Shown one piece after another: positions 36,195 through 47,430 of a stretch of 64,000 nucleotides of DNA. How positions within the stretch are numbered: the stretch's first letter is position 1; the number at the start of each line of letters is the position of its first letter. A program made the translations under genes and the position numbers. The notes beneath the pieces are model-generated. The model was not told where the DNA came from. It ran no database searches and was given only the letters and a program-made list of their open reading frames with translations. The stretch lies in the IMG/VR virus record IMGVR_UViG_3300009181_000033, positions 233,895 through 297,894 of that record; one strand, given 5' to 3'.

Positions 36195-38738
36195 CTAAAA
36201 ATCGAAAGCAACCTTAAAAAGAATCTTATCGCGTTCTCTCTTTATGACCGGCTGGGCTAGCTTGGCCTTCGCCACAACGTTCATATTTTCATCATGAAAA
36301 TATAGGCCGCTGATGTAAACAAAAGGATCCTTGTCAGTGATATCGGCAGAGGCAGAGATAACGTTTTTATTTTTTATGTATGTCAAATTTGAAGAAGAAT
36401 TTAACAAACCGGGAGGAGCAAGAATTTCATACTTCTTGGTGTATATGTTCCTAGTACCCTTGAAGGATATTTCATACCTATTTTTGCCGAAAAAATAAAG
36501 ATGTGGACTTTTTATCACAACAATCCCTTCGTCATAAAATATATTTCCAACGCAATTAGAAATGGCGTGTTTGGTGTCACTATCTGCACGATATAAACCA
36601 CCAAATCCATCGTCCTTAAGTGTGATTTTTATTGAGCCGGCCGAGCCGGACACATCAGCATCAACAATAGAAAAGGTGCCAGGCAAAATGCTGCTGCCAT
36701 AATACAAATTGCTTATGTCAAAAAACGTAACCTGATCCGAAGAAGGATCTTTTGTTTTTTGATATATTGACAAAGGCGTGTCTTTTGTAACGCCTCTATT
36801 ATTCTGGTCTTGAAAGGATCCAGGTTGCGCTGACTGAGAATTTAAATACCTTTGATAAAGGCTCGCCATTTTGCCTGATGGCTTCAGGGGGGAGCTTGGT
36901 GAATATCCGATCAACTCTTGCTTAAAATCATCCCACGCAACAGAATCGATCTCGGTAGAACTCACAGAACCAATGTTTGTTGCATTTTCAGTTGGCCTAG
37001 ACGGAAGAACCAATTCTTCTAAATTTATTAGGCTATAGTCCTTGAGCCCAAATAGGTTCCTGTAAGAATTCCTAGAGAATTCGCCTCTTAGTATCTCATA
37101 ATTGGGATCGAACGTTCCGTCGTCGCACGGTAAAATAGTCAAATTTCTTTTGGCAGCAGTGGTCGTGTACAATAAATTATTGACATCTAATTTTGAATTA
37201 CTTGTTGAAAATATAGAGGACGTCAAATGTAACAATCTAGGATATCTGTTTTTTGCAAAATCACTTACAAAATTTTCTAGATTGATGTAGTGGGCACCCA
37301 CGCCGAAAGCCATGGCAACATTAAATGGATCATCAGTTGAACCCAATGTTGTCTTTGTTGGTGTTTGAAAAACACCGCCCGCATCTCCCAATGGTTTTCT
37401 AATTGGGGTTGTTTCTGTGAAGAAAGGAGGAAGATAAAAGGCAATTTTTTCTGCATTTCTGGCCTCTGAAAGAGAAAGTCCCGTGGCGGCCGAAGAAGAA
37501 ATTTCTAATGCAGACTCATAATATCTTTTTATGGTTATTCCATGCACCTCTGCCTTAAGAGGGTGTGTGAAAGACTGGAAGGCATGTTTTTCGCCTAATA
37601 ACGCTGTTTCAGTATCGTAAGAAGTTTCATCCAGTGGAAATATCCCGTCCCTCTCTTGTGATCCAAGCGTGAAATATTTGCCAAATGAAGCACCGTCGCC
37701 ATCATAATAATTTCCAATACACAAACCATATGGATTCTGTCTTGTTGGAGACAAGGCTGGACTGATGGAGGAAAGTGGAACCGAAAATTTCCCTCTATCA
37801 TATCCGTTGATCACAAAAGAACCAGTGCCATAATTGAGCTTATTCGTTCCCCAGCGCACCACGACATGATGCCACCGGTTGTGGATCAAAACATTATCGT
37901 CTGATAAAAACACATATGACCCTGTGACGGCTTTGGAAGGTGCGACTTCAGAGCCGTCCAATAATTGTAATTGCAATCTAAATCCGCGCGGAAGACCATT
38001 TTCATCCTTGAGGCTACCAGTCACAAGCGACAAGGCATAACTTGAAGAAAGATGCAATATGGTTCCGGCCCTGAAGTGTCCGTTGTCTAAACCGTCAACC
38101 TGATATCTTGGATTTATGTGAAAATCAAAACTAAAGGCTCCACTCAAACAATAGTCGCCTGAAGGATATCCCGTTGGTACAAATTTACTTATTGAAGCAG
38201 AATCCAAATAACTCACATTGGGATACAAGAGCACAGAAGAACTCGGTATGGACTTTGAATTATTTGATACCGTGAAAAAATTTAAACAGTTGTAATTGGT
38301 ATATGCCCAATTGGCGCTAGGGTATGTGCCGTGATAATATGGCATCAAAACATCTTTGACATTATTTTTCAAAAGTGTTTTTTCCGTCAAGTCAGAAGTT
38401 GGAGTAAATCTCTTCACCAACAGTTGTTTATTTGCCTTGATTTTTGCTTTTTTTACATTATCAACGTAAGTGTTGACATCATTTTTAATTGATTTTTTTT
38501 GATTCCTTAGATTTCTGGTGTTGTTGATGATGTTTCTTTCTTGCGTCCTAAAATCATCGTCCGCCAAATAAGAAGGATTGGAATCACTAAAGGAACAATT
38601 TTTCTCTGACGTTGACTGTCTGGAAAAGACATTAATTGACCCTGTCACGCCTGCCGAACTTGAAACATATGTTCGGCGAGGCGTTGTTACTAAAGTCAAT
38701 GTCTCTATATTGTCTTTATTGACAGGTATAATTGCCAT
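36195..38738 (-). CDS. Virion structural protein with LamG/ConA-like domain
   Basis: FSFDFHINP, RWHHVVVRW..F.ING; GNIFYDEGIVVI; C-terminal GLY.HD.N.NVVAKAKLAQPV.K.....F....DF. Confidence 0.65.
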   Translation of the reverse strand: MAIIPVNKDNIETLTLVTTPRRTYVSSSAGVTGSINVFSRQSTSEKNCSFSDSNPSYLADDDFRTQERNIINNTRNLRNQKKSIKNDVNTYVDNVKKAKIKANKQLLVKRFTPTSDLTEKTLLKNNVKDVLMPYYHGTYPSANWAYTNYNCLNFFTVSNNSKSIPSSSVLLYPNVSYLDSASISKFVPTGYPSGDYCLSGAFSFDFHINPRYQVDGLDNGHFRAGTILHLSSSYALSLVTGSLKDENGLPRGFRLQLQLLDGSEVAPSKAVTGSYVFLSDDNVLIHNRWHHVVVRWGTNKLNYGTGSFVINGYDRGKFSVPLSSISPALSPTRQNPYGLCIGNYYDGDGASFGKYFTLGSQERDGIFPLDETSYDTETALLGEKHAFQSFTHPLKAEVHGITIKRYYESALEISSSAATGLSLSEARNAEKIAFYLPPFFTETTPIRKPLGDAGGVFQTPTKTTLGSTDDPFNVAMAFGVGAHYINLENFVSDFAKNRYPRLLHLTSSIFSTSNSKLDVNNLLYTTTAAKRNLTILPCDDGTFDPNYEILRGEFSRNSYRNLFGLKDYSLINLEELVLPSRPTENATNIGSVSSTEIDSVAWDDFKQELIGYSPSSPLKPSGKMASLYQRYLNSQSAQPGSFQDQNNRGVTKDTPLSIYQKTKDPSSDQVTFFDISNLYYGSSILPGTFSIVDADVSGSAGSIKITLKDDGFGGLYRADSDTKHAISNCVGNIFYDEGIVVIKSPHLYFFGKNRYEISFKGTRNIYTKKYEILAPPGLLNSSSNLTYIKNKNVISASADITDKDPFVYISGLYFHDENMNVVAKAKLAQPVIKRERDKILFKVAFDF

Positions 38739-38752
38739 TTTTGTTCCAAGTC

Positions 38753-40045
38753 TTAGAAGTCGAGTCTTACTCTAAATGTAAGATCTCTTCCGGGATTTTT
38801 TTCCACTGGCCTACTCAATTTGGCAACAGCCAAGAGAGTTTGTGAATTATCATAAAGGCCAATGGTTGTGACATACGTAAATGTCTCTTGGTTGTCGTCG
38901 CCCTGTGCAGGATCATAAATTGTCAATCGACCCTGATTGTCACCTGTCTGCTCAATGTAGGTTGGATTTGAAGAATAATTGAAATCATCCGGCATTGCCC
39001 TGCAGAATATTAAAGAAGAATTAATGTTTGTCACATTCTGGAATGTCATGGCCGTCAAACTGCCGGCGCCGAACCTAGAATAACAAAAATGATCAATGAC
39101 ATTATCGACACTTCCGGAAACCAAGAAGTCTGGCACCAATTTAGCCTTGTTTTCTGTTTCAGTTCCTGTTCCGCCCAATATTGTGAACCCCAGAGGTGCC
39201 ATGGCATCTATTGGTCCGTAAATAAACTGTGTTCCTGACACGACTTTTTCTATGTCTAATACAACTATTCCATAGTCATAATAAAGCAAACCCACAGTAT
39301 TTGTCGTAGAAGATGCATCAACCAAATATCCGTATTGTCCACCCACGTCAAAATACCTGGCGGCGGCGGAACCAATGTCGGTGTAAATGGCAGAGCCAGA
39401 CGTTGCAGTCAAATTAATGTTATATCTTGGACTTGAAACAGGTGGACCATAGCCAGCACCGGGAGAGCTGCTTGGAGATGAGGCTGTTGTAAAAAACCTC
39501 ATGGCAAAAGTTTCTCTTTTTATTTGATCTCTAGAAAACAGCCTCTTAAATGCAATGAATAGCGCTGCATCTACTGGTTTATTTTGTTGACTACTGACCA
39601 AGGTTGAATCATTTGGCAATTGAAACATGCTCGAACGATCTCCGAGCAAAACTTGGGCAAACTGTCCGTAAATATCGGTCTTTTCCCTCATCATTATCGA
39701 GCTGCTCGGATAAAGATATTTGTTGTTTATGTCGTAACCAGTGGAAGCAGTGCCAGCTATTCCACTTGAGTTTTTTGTGTCTGATTGCCTAAATGAATCA
39801 GGCGGGGCTAGTCCAACAGTTATGTCAAAGATTGGATTTGCAGTTTGGAGAGTGAAATCTTGATCATAGACTGTTTGAAAGAGAGAAGAAGTTACCCCAG
39901 GGCCTATTCCACCTGTAACAAAAGACTGATATTTTCTTCTAGAAACAGAGGCGCTGATGTCCTCCTGCAGGACATCAATCAATTGATTTAAAAAGGATCT
40001 GGTTGTTTTTATGTCGCTATCAGCAATTGCCTTAAGTGTAGCCAT
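38753..40045 (-). CDS. Virion structural (baseplate/collar-like) protein
   Basis: GLLYYDYGIVVL; FNYSSNPTY; TYVTTIGLYD..LLAVAKLSRPV.K...FRVRLDF, paralogous to the C-terminus of 36195-38738. Confidence 0.65.
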   Translation of the reverse strand: MATLKAIADSDIKTTRSFLNQLIDVLQEDISASVSRRKYQSFVTGGIGPGVTSSLFQTVYDQDFTLQTANPIFDITVGLAPPDSFRQSDTKNSSGIAGTASTGYDINNKYLYPSSSIMMREKTDIYGQFAQVLLGDRSSMFQLPNDSTLVSSQQNKPVDAALFIAFKRLFSRDQIKRETFAMRFFTTASSPSSSPGAGYGPPVSSPRYNINLTATSGSAIYTDIGSAAARYFDVGGQYGYLVDASSTTNTVGLLYYDYGIVVLDIEKVVSGTQFIYGPIDAMAPLGFTILGGTGTETENKAKLVPDFLVSGSVDNVIDHFCYSRFGAGSLTAMTFQNVTNINSSLIFCRAMPDDFNYSSNPTYIEQTGDNQGRLTIYDPAQGDDNQETFTYVTTIGLYDNSQTLLAVAKLSRPVEKNPGRDLTFRVRLDF

Positions 40046-40060
40046 CTTTCTTTATCTCTC

Positions 40061-40810
40061 TTATAGTGTTAGTGTAGCAGTATATGTGACAGGTATGTTT
40101 AGCGTACAACCATGTTGATTTCCAACAACAACGATATAGCTGCTTATGGTTCTTTCATTTGAAACGCCTGTTCTCTTCCCGTAAATTGACAACGTTGTAT
40201 TGTCAATGCTTTGAGGTGCGATTTCAAATTGAATGTAATCGGATGTTTGTCTCAGGCTGTACGTATAAGTGGCCACCCTGTTGGAGTCGCCGGCATCAAT
40301 GGAGGCCGAGGCTCGACCAGGCGCTGTCAAAGAACCATTTACGGCATTTCCAATGCTAAAAAACCTATCTGGCACCTTTATTGTATATGAAGTTTGCAAT
40401 AGTGATGTTGGTATATTGGAAACTCCCGTTGTGTTATTGTAATACAATTGAACCTTGACAGGTGAAACATTTCCTTTTTTTAAGGAAATAATGCTGTCTG
40501 TCTTTAAGACTGGGAAAAACGTGGTTTGTACCGCGGCCGCATTATTTTCCCTACCTATCAATCTGTACTTGATTGCTATGTTGGAATTGGTCATTGCCTC
40601 AAAAATAGGCGTATTTTTTTCTATCTTTTCTTTTCCAACAGATCGGCCATATTTTTTTATCAACCTATAGTCGACTTCATCATCAGCGAGAGAATAATAA
40701 ACTATTTGGAAATTTTCTTTGCCGCTGGCGGTTGCCAATTGTTGACGACCATAATCCGTTAAAACTGCATCCAAAATAATATTGTTTGTACTGTGATCTA
40801 GCAATCCCAT
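40061..40810 (-). CDS. Virion structural protein
   Basis: MGLLD...ILDAVLTDYGRQ.LA...F.I..YSLADDEVDY..P.FEA, shared with 49938-51440. Confidence 0.6.
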   Translation of the reverse strand: MGLLDHSTNNIILDAVLTDYGRQQLATASGKENFQIVYYSLADDEVDYRLIKKYGRSVGKEKIEKNTPIFEAMTNSNIAIKYRLIGRENNAAAVQTTFFPVLKTDSIISLKKGNVSPVKVQLYYNNTTGVSNIPTSLLQTSYTIKVPDRFFSIGNAVNGSLTAPGRASASIDAGDSNRVATYTYSLRQTSDYIQFEIAPQSIDNTTLSIYGKRTGVSNERTISSYIVVVGNQHGCTLNIPVTYTATLTL

Positions 40811-40904
40811 GTGAGGCCTCTTTATGAAATATTATACTCTATTTTTTTATGACCAATTATATCGAATTCAAATGATGTGTTGACACCAAGAAATTAATCA
40901 GTCT

Positions 40905-42716
40905 TCAGTGTGTGTAACGGTTTTTGTCATAGATTTGTATTTTCACCAATTGCATTTTTTGATTATCTAAATTCATCAATTGCAAAAGATAATATGGAGA
41001 AGAATCAGCTGATACATTATCTGACCCGTTAACTATTCTAAACTCCTTCGCACCGCTCAAAACTTTTAGATACTCAGGATTAAAATACACTGTCATTTTA
41101 GTGTTTCCGTACCCTGTCAATTTGATACAATCCTTGAATGCATCCATTTTTAAATTCATGTTGGGGTATTGGCGGGGTGAATTTGCGTCGCAAACTACCT
41201 TCGAAACAAGTTTATTTTTATACGAATCAAATGTGACTAAATGTTGTGCAGAATAATTGGATATCATTCCATGCGCATCAACAGTGCAAATAGAATAAAT
41301 GTATGAAGAGGCAGTTGAAAATTCCTTGTCTATATAAAAATCATCATCAACATGTATGTAAATTGGAGTCGAAGATGTTTTTACCAAATTAGATAAGTCA
41401 CTTCTTGGTGTCCTGTTCCCATCAACTATTTCGCCAGTACCATATCTTAAGTTGGCATCACCGGCGTCAGATGTATCCCATGAGTATTGGGCAATCAATT
41501 CGAATGGTTCCTCAATGCTCTTTCTTCTCATGATCTGTATTTGTTTTATGTCGTCTTGAGTATTAACTGGCAATCCCCAGGATATTATTAGGTTGTTTTT
41601 CTGAAAATCGTATGAAAATTTAATGTCTTCGGGTGGTGGGGGAGGAATATACTCAAAGCACTCTATTGATTTTGAAATTGGCCTTGATGCAACAAGAACA
41701 TTTCCATAAGAAGACTCTTTGTTATCCTTGTCATAAATCAAGACACTCATTTCAGCAATAACGCTTAAGGAATAGATGTAGGTTTTTCCATATAGAATAT
41801 TTTTGTCTATGTAGAAATTTTTCTCAAAATCTTCTATATAAAATTCTTCTTCGAATTGAAATCCATCAGGTGTAACTAAATACCTTTTTAGAAGATATCC
41901 CCTCATATAAACAGAGCGATTATTTAATGTTGAACTATATTTCTTGGTTAATGGTAAATTGATCTGTTCAGGCCAGCCACCAGCCTTCGCAGCTATAGAA
42001 TTTTCATTTAAAAACTTGAAATTAACATTCTTTAATTTTGAACCAACAAACAAATCAGGAACAACAAAAGAATTCAATTGAGCATTGAGCGATAAGTTTT
42101 CTGATATTGAATTTAAAAATTCGCTTGTATCATGAGCTGACGAGGGCGCACCGGTACCATTGACTACCTTTAAACCCAATGAATTATCAGGAAAATCTGC
42201 TAGGCTTGTGTAAGCTTGAGCTATGCTAGCAAATTCTTTCTGTTGTTTCTCGCTATCCATATCAGTTTCTTTGGCAATGTCGCCGATAAGAGCAGCTGCC
42301 ATTTGAAAGACACTTTCCGTTCGAACGTTGTTAATTCTAGCTGCAACCTCTATGTCTTCACTCCCTTGTCGTATATCCTGAACATCTGAAAAAACAAATG
42401 AAACGTAATTGGGACTAAAATCATCTTCAAAGACTATTTTTGAGATGTTTTCTTTTATGTAATTTTTTTTTGTTTTTTGGGATCTGGGGTCAACAGGTCT
42501 ATCAAGTTCAAATTTTGATATTTGGGGTTTAAACCAAGAAATCTTGACATATCTTGGTAATGTTTCAGTAAGATTTCCTGACCGTGGACTATCCGGTCGG
42601 CGTGTTCTTTCATCGACGACATAAAAATTATAATTAAATGTTACATCAATTGATTTTACTTCGGGCACATTGACTATCGTAGAAGATGGTGATGCGTTAG
42701 ATTCTTTGCTAGCCAT
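40905..42716 (-). CDS. Hypothetical virion protein, possible FN3/Ig-like domains
   Basis: PPPPPEDIKF...ISW, YIYSLSV, YIYSICTVD patterns. Confidence 0.45.
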   Translation of the reverse strand: MASKESNASPSSTIVNVPEVKSIDVTFNYNFYVVDERTRRPDSPRSGNLTETLPRYVKISWFKPQISKFELDRPVDPRSQKTKKNYIKENISKIVFEDDFSPNYVSFVFSDVQDIRQGSEDIEVAARINNVRTESVFQMAAALIGDIAKETDMDSEKQQKEFASIAQAYTSLADFPDNSLGLKVVNGTGAPSSAHDTSEFLNSISENLSLNAQLNSFVVPDLFVGSKLKNVNFKFLNENSIAAKAGGWPEQINLPLTKKYSSTLNNRSVYMRGYLLKRYLVTPDGFQFEEEFYIEDFEKNFYIDKNILYGKTYIYSLSVIAEMSVLIYDKDNKESSYGNVLVASRPISKSIECFEYIPPPPPEDIKFSYDFQKNNLIISWGLPVNTQDDIKQIQIMRRKSIEEPFELIAQYSWDTSDAGDANLRYGTGEIVDGNRTPRSDLSNLVKTSSTPIYIHVDDDFYIDKEFSTASSYIYSICTVDAHGMISNYSAQHLVTFDSYKNKLVSKVVCDANSPRQYPNMNLKMDAFKDCIKLTGYGNTKMTVYFNPEYLKVLSGAKEFRIVNGSDNVSADSSPYYLLQLMNLDNQKMQLVKIQIYDKNRYTH

Positions 42717-45700
42717 TATGAAATTCCTAAAAATGGTTCGATGGTTATGAAATATTCGTCCATATACACATCATCAGGTGTAATGTCCCTTAATTTATAA
42801 AGAAATTTATCTTTATCCCTGTTGGATTTAGGCGCATGGGGAATTATAAATTTTTGATTCTTAAGAGAATCAATTTGTGGCTTGAGTTCAGCGAATGATT
42901 TGCCTGGCTCCATCATCGATGTGTCTATTATAAAATCATCTGGGTCAAAAATTATTGAAAATGTTCTATCGAACTTCCTGGGATATACGGCCTTCTTCAA
43001 TATTTGTGCTGGCCTAAGAATAAAAGTTTCATTATGCAAATAGGAAATAAGCGTACTGGTAACGTCTATTGTAGGTAGATTATTTTGATTCGTGGCAGCG
43101 GCAGCAGCATTTCTTTCTTGTTGAGATCCATTCACAGGCACTTCTCTTGTGACTCCTGTGACTGGATCAACATATGTTGTCCTATTTGTACCAGCACTGA
43201 CTCCTCCTGCTGTAGAAGCCAAGGAAGCAAATTTACCATAACCCTCATTCAAGTAAGAAAGCTCTTTTGACATGGGTTCATAATTATAATATCTAGTTTC
43301 ATCAATCGAAACGCCTGTCATCCATCTAATATATTCTTCCGCCAAGAAGCTTTTAGCATGATTCTCATAAATTTCAAGACTCTCAGAAGTGCTGAGGGAT
43401 GAGCCGTACTTTATAGCTATTTTTGGATCAGAAGCGTCAGTGTGCAATTCAAAACGGTCGCCCGTCCAATATTTTGTTGGTAACTCAAGCGGATTATTTG
43501 TTCCATTCTTCAATGTTGATGCATCCCAATTTCCAATGACTCGGGTTGGGAATCTATTGAGATCAAATAAATAACTCAGCGGTTTAAAAACCAAATATCT
43601 ATGCAATAAATCAATTTTAAATATTTTGATTCTTACAATATTTTTCTTAATGGATTCATCCGACGTAAAATCTTGACTGTCGTATGACATAAGATTTCTC
43701 ATCATTTTTGGTGGTATTCCCACAGAAATGATTCGCTTATTGTTTCCATCTTTCTTATAAAAAATCTCATTATTAAAATAAGTTTTCACAATAGGAAAAG
43801 AACAAATTTCCAAATCATTGACAGGAAGATAAGAACCAAATGGCAAATTTGCCATGGAGTTAGAATTAAAAGATGGAATTATGCTCTTTAATTTATTTTG
43901 ACCATCGTTTTCTTTTGATATTCTATCAGATATTTCAGAATATATGTAATTCGACATTATCATTTGCTCTTCTGTGCTAGACGCATTAAAGAGCGATATT
44001 TTTTGGTCAATAGTGAAATTATTATTTTCATAAAAATAAGGCAGCGTCTTATCGAGATAAGGTTTAAAATTATTGGACAATAATTCTATAAAACTATTGA
44101 TTTTATTAAGAGCGTGGGTGACAAAACCCTTTATCATAAAAACTTCAGAAAGCAATTCTTTCATTTCTTGTTTCATGTAGGTTTTTGCTTTAAAAAGATA
44201 TTTGTTAAAAACACCATTTTTATCGGCGGTAAAACCCCAAATTGTTGAATGATCAATTGGATTGCTTTTATTAAAAAAAGATGTCGTAAAAATAAATGTT
44301 GAATCACCAAAAGCATTGTTTAAATTTACGCCTTGGGCACCGGTGCCCACAGACCAATAATTTGTATTCTCAAGACTTCGATTTCTAAAGATTTCACTTG
44401 ACACTTTAAAGTTGCTCATTGTTGATGCCAGTTTTTTTGTTGCAACGTAAGCCATGTCCAGACTTTCATGTGTTAAACAAGAAATTGTCAGCATCATATT
44501 TGTCATGTATGCAACCATATAAACGTTCTTATCTATCCCAGAGTATTCTGTGTTTATGGGGTAGATGTTATATTCTTCCTTGAATGTTTGCATAAAGGTC
44601 AAAAGAATATTTGATTTTTCATAAAATATTTCTTTTTTTATTGTTTCTAATTCAAAAGCAAGATTTTGATCAAAAGCATTCACCCAAAAACTAGACACAT
44701 TTGATATTTCATCAAATGAATCAAGAGATTTTAGCTGATCAGATTGCCAATGACCACATAGCGAGGTCAAACTTTCCATAAGATTATCAACAGCATGTTT
44801 GTATAAGAAATTGCCCTCTGTCACAGAGGCCTCATCAAGAACAAAACATATACACATCACCCAGAGACTAACAGCTCCTCGGCGAGCGGCATGCCCTTTT
44901 ATAGGATCAGTTTGAAACATAGAACCGGCTATTTTTTTTATCAACATAGCAAAAAACCTATTATGGTTATCAGCCGGGGTCCAGTCGCTAAATTTGGATG
45001 TATCGGTTTTTATATTTTTTTTATCAGATATGTCCAAGATTTTAACATAACTTGTAAAAATACTTTTAAATCTTTGGTTTAGATATTGAGGTAAAAAATT
45101 TTCCTGGGCATTCTGGGAATTGTTGAGATCGTCATTGTAAGTGTTAACAAAATCCTCCAAGATCTTAGTGGTCTCGACAGCATCTTCGAGTCTCTTCTTT
45201 AACCTATTGATTCTACTTAAATCATAGGCATCACCATTTGCATTAATGTTCAATGATGTCTCGAGATAATATTCTCTACCTGTTGTAATTTTAGGCGACT
45301 GTGTGTCACCAAGTGGACTATTGTCCCTCTCAAAGGTAAAAACGCTATATTTATCTTGTCCGATTGATGCATATTCATGAGCAAGGCTCATGAGAGAAAG
45401 CCCCTTGCCAATTGGATTTTCTGGCATTTCAAAAGTTTTTTCAGGGACAACACCAACAAGATGGTCCCAAACTGATACGTTCATTCCGTCAGGAGCTGTT
45501 TCAAATCCTCTTGCTTTCAATGCGCTGGAATAATCATTGATTGTTTTACCATAACTCTTTTCCCTTTGTAAAACGTCAGATATTCTGGCCACTGCACGTG
45601 GAATGGCATCTTCAAAGGCTGTAGTATAATCCGTGCCATTCCAATTAACCGCCTCGGCAATCTCCTTGTTGTTTTTACCTCCGATTGGTCGATCTATAAA

Positions 45701-47416
45701 AATAGATTGTTTTTCGGTAAAAGTAAATAACTTTAAAAGTGGTTTCTCCACTTGCTCAGTGTATATAGATAAACTATCCTTTGTAGACAAACTTGATAAT
45801 GGATTAGTTGTGACAATATTGGCATATGTGTCTGGCATTTTAATGCCATTATTTATCCATAATGAATCTTTGGCCTGCAGGTTCTTATCAGAAGAGGCAA
45901 TAGAATTAAATGATGAATTGCTCGTCCCAATTGAAGAAACACTCAATGAAAATTTCAATTCATTCAGTGTTTTAATCCACAGTTCAGTATCAGGGAATGT
46001 TTTTATGCCTTGAGGTGTTGCTATGCCTTTTTTTATTAAATAGTCTTTGACGTTTTCATATTTCGAATTTCCAACCAATCTAATTCCTAGTCTAGCTAAT
46101 TCATTGGAAAATGAATTTTTTGATGGGCTTAGTTTAGCCAAATCTTCCTCTTCGGTTGGAAAATCTTCTTCTACAGGGTATTTGTCTTTCAGAGGCTTAT
46201 TAACATTGAGAGCAGCGTCAAGCTCCTTAAATTTTGGAAATATTTTATTTAAAAATGAATCTGTGACAATTGGCAAAGTTGCTTTAATGGAGTCTTGAGC
46301 CGGCTTAACCACTCTTTCTTTTAAATTTGTGCTATGAAGAACAGTTATTGCATTTTGGGCATTCAAAATCCTTGCATTTTCTTTGAGATTTAAAATGTCT
46401 CCAATTCGTGTTAAATCGCCTTTTTCATAAATTGGCAAAAATTCAGAATTCAATATTATGCTGGGCGCTTCATTTGGTAGACCAGAATATTTTAAAACCT
46501 TTATTTTTGAAGGAGTTGGGGCAGCTGACGTGTCTTTTTCTCGTGGTGATCGTGAAAATGGCGGTTTTGCTACTATTTTTTTACTTTCAATAACGTTTTT
46601 TGCTCTTTTTTCATCAAGATCCTTCAGGATTTGTTGATATCTTGTATCAAGACTTGGTTCTCTTGCAAGATCGCCTGTGGCAGCTGTACCCTCAGTTGCA
46701 CCTGCAGCTGCGCTGCCTACACCTGTGGCATCTGTACCTATGGCTGGGCCTTTTGTAGTTTTAGCTTTGGCTGCAGCTTCAGCTGCTGCAGCTTCAGCAG
46801 CCTTTCGACGCATAGCATCATTTGCAGCTGTCCCTGCCGTGCCTGTGGCAGCTGTACCCTCAGTTGCACCTGCAGCTGCGTTACCTGTACCTGTGGCAGC
46901 TGTGCCTGCTGTAGTTTTAGCTTTGGCTGCAGCATCTGCTTCAGCTTTTAATTTCATCTGTTCAGCTAAAGCGGCATTATTCGTTCCAGTTGATGGAGGG
47001 GAGGAACCATGAACATGAGAAGCAGTAGAATTAGATTCATTTTTTACATTTTTTTGTCCACTTCCTCCTTTTGTTTGTCCGGAAGGTGTTTTTGTAGTGG
47101 CGTTAGTCGCCTGCTTTTTTTTCTCTGCGTCAGCAGCAGCTTTTGCTGCTGCTGATTTTGCGGCAGCATCAGCAGCAGCTTTAGCAGTCGCTGCCTTTTC
47201 TTCATCTGTTCTCTTTTTTTCGTCTGCCTTTTTCTTTGCTTCTTCGGCTGCCCTTTTCTCTCGATCGGCTTTTTCCTTCTGAAGATCTTGAAGCCTTTTT
47301 TTGGCAGCATCTTCTGTCGCTTTTTTTGCGGCTGCATCCGCCGCGGGATCTTTTGCCGTTTTTGCAGCAGAATTTGTTCCTGATCTGCCTGCCCCTGTTC
47401 CTGTTCCTGCTGCCAT
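42716..47416 (-). CDS. Large hypothetical protein (1566 aa) with Ala/Lys/Thr low-complexity N-terminus
   Basis: Long ORF; about 250 aa TolA-like N-terminal region with internal repeats. Confidence 0.7.
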   Translation of the reverse strand: MAAGTGTGAGRSGTNSAAKTAKDPAADAAAKKATEDAAKKRLQDLQKEKADREKRAAEEAKKKADEKKRTDEEKAATAKAAADAAAKSAAAKAAADAEKKKQATNATTKTPSGQTKGGSGQKNVKNESNSTASHVHGSSPPSTGTNNAALAEQMKLKAEADAAAKAKTTAGTAATGTGNAAAGATEGTAATGTAGTAANDAMRRKAAEAAAAEAAAKAKTTKGPAIGTDATGVGSAAAGATEGTAATGDLAREPSLDTRYQQILKDLDEKRAKNVIESKKIVAKPPFSRSPREKDTSAAPTPSKIKVLKYSGLPNEAPSIILNSEFLPIYEKGDLTRIGDILNLKENARILNAQNAITVLHSTNLKERVVKPAQDSIKATLPIVTDSFLNKIFPKFKELDAALNVNKPLKDKYPVEEDFPTEEEDLAKLSPSKNSFSNELARLGIRLVGNSKYENVKDYLIKKGIATPQGIKTFPDTELWIKTLNELKFSLSVSSIGTSNSSFNSIASSDKNLQAKDSLWINNGIKMPDTYANIVTTNPLSSLSTKDSLSIYTEQVEKPLLKLFTFTEKQSIFIDRPIGGKNNKEIAEAVNWNGTDYTTAFEDAIPRAVARISDVLQREKSYGKTINDYSSALKARGFETAPDGMNVSVWDHLVGVVPEKTFEMPENPIGKGLSLMSLAHEYASIGQDKYSVFTFERDNSPLGDTQSPKITTGREYYLETSLNINANGDAYDLSRINRLKKRLEDAVETTKILEDFVNTYNDDLNNSQNAQENFLPQYLNQRFKSIFTSYVKILDISDKKNIKTDTSKFSDWTPADNHNRFFAMLIKKIAGSMFQTDPIKGHAARRGAVSLWVMCICFVLDEASVTEGNFLYKHAVDNLMESLTSLCGHWQSDQLKSLDSFDEISNVSSFWVNAFDQNLAFELETIKKEIFYEKSNILLTFMQTFKEEYNIYPINTEYSGIDKNVYMVAYMTNMMLTISCLTHESLDMAYVATKKLASTMSNFKVSSEIFRNRSLENTNYWSVGTGAQGVNLNNAFGDSTFIFTTSFFNKSNPIDHSTIWGFTADKNGVFNKYLFKAKTYMKQEMKELLSEVFMIKGFVTHALNKINSFIELLSNNFKPYLDKTLPYFYENNNFTIDQKISLFNASSTEEQMIMSNYIYSEISDRISKENDGQNKLKSIIPSFNSNSMANLPFGSYLPVNDLEICSFPIVKTYFNNEIFYKKDGNNKRIISVGIPPKMMRNLMSYDSQDFTSDESIKKNIVRIKIFKIDLLHRYLVFKPLSYLFDLNRFPTRVIGNWDASTLKNGTNNPLELPTKYWTGDRFELHTDASDPKIAIKYGSSLSTSESLEIYENHAKSFLAEEYIRWMTGVSIDETRYYNYEPMSKELSYLNEGYGKFASLASTAGGVSAGTNRTTYVDPVTGVTREVPVNGSQQERNAAAAATNQNNLPTIDVTSTLISYLHNETFILRPAQILKKAVYPRKFDRTFSIIFDPDDFIIDTSMMEPGKSFAELKPQIDSLKNQKFIIPHAPKSNRDKDKFLYKLRDITPDDVYMDEYFITIEPFLGIS
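46674..46934. repeat. Internal duplication (AAAKAKTT...AAAGATEGTAATG x2)
   Basis: cctgtggcagctgtaccctcagttgcacctgcagctgcg and tgtagttttagctttggctgcagc each occur twice. Confidence 0.85.
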
Positions 47417-47430
47417 GTTCCAATCACCCT

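Noticed and set aside
42716-47416. TolA or tape-measure assignment for the 1566-aa protein
   Set aside because: The similarity is only low-complexity Ala/Lys composition; there is no N-terminal TM anchor and no tape-measure periodicity in the remainder.
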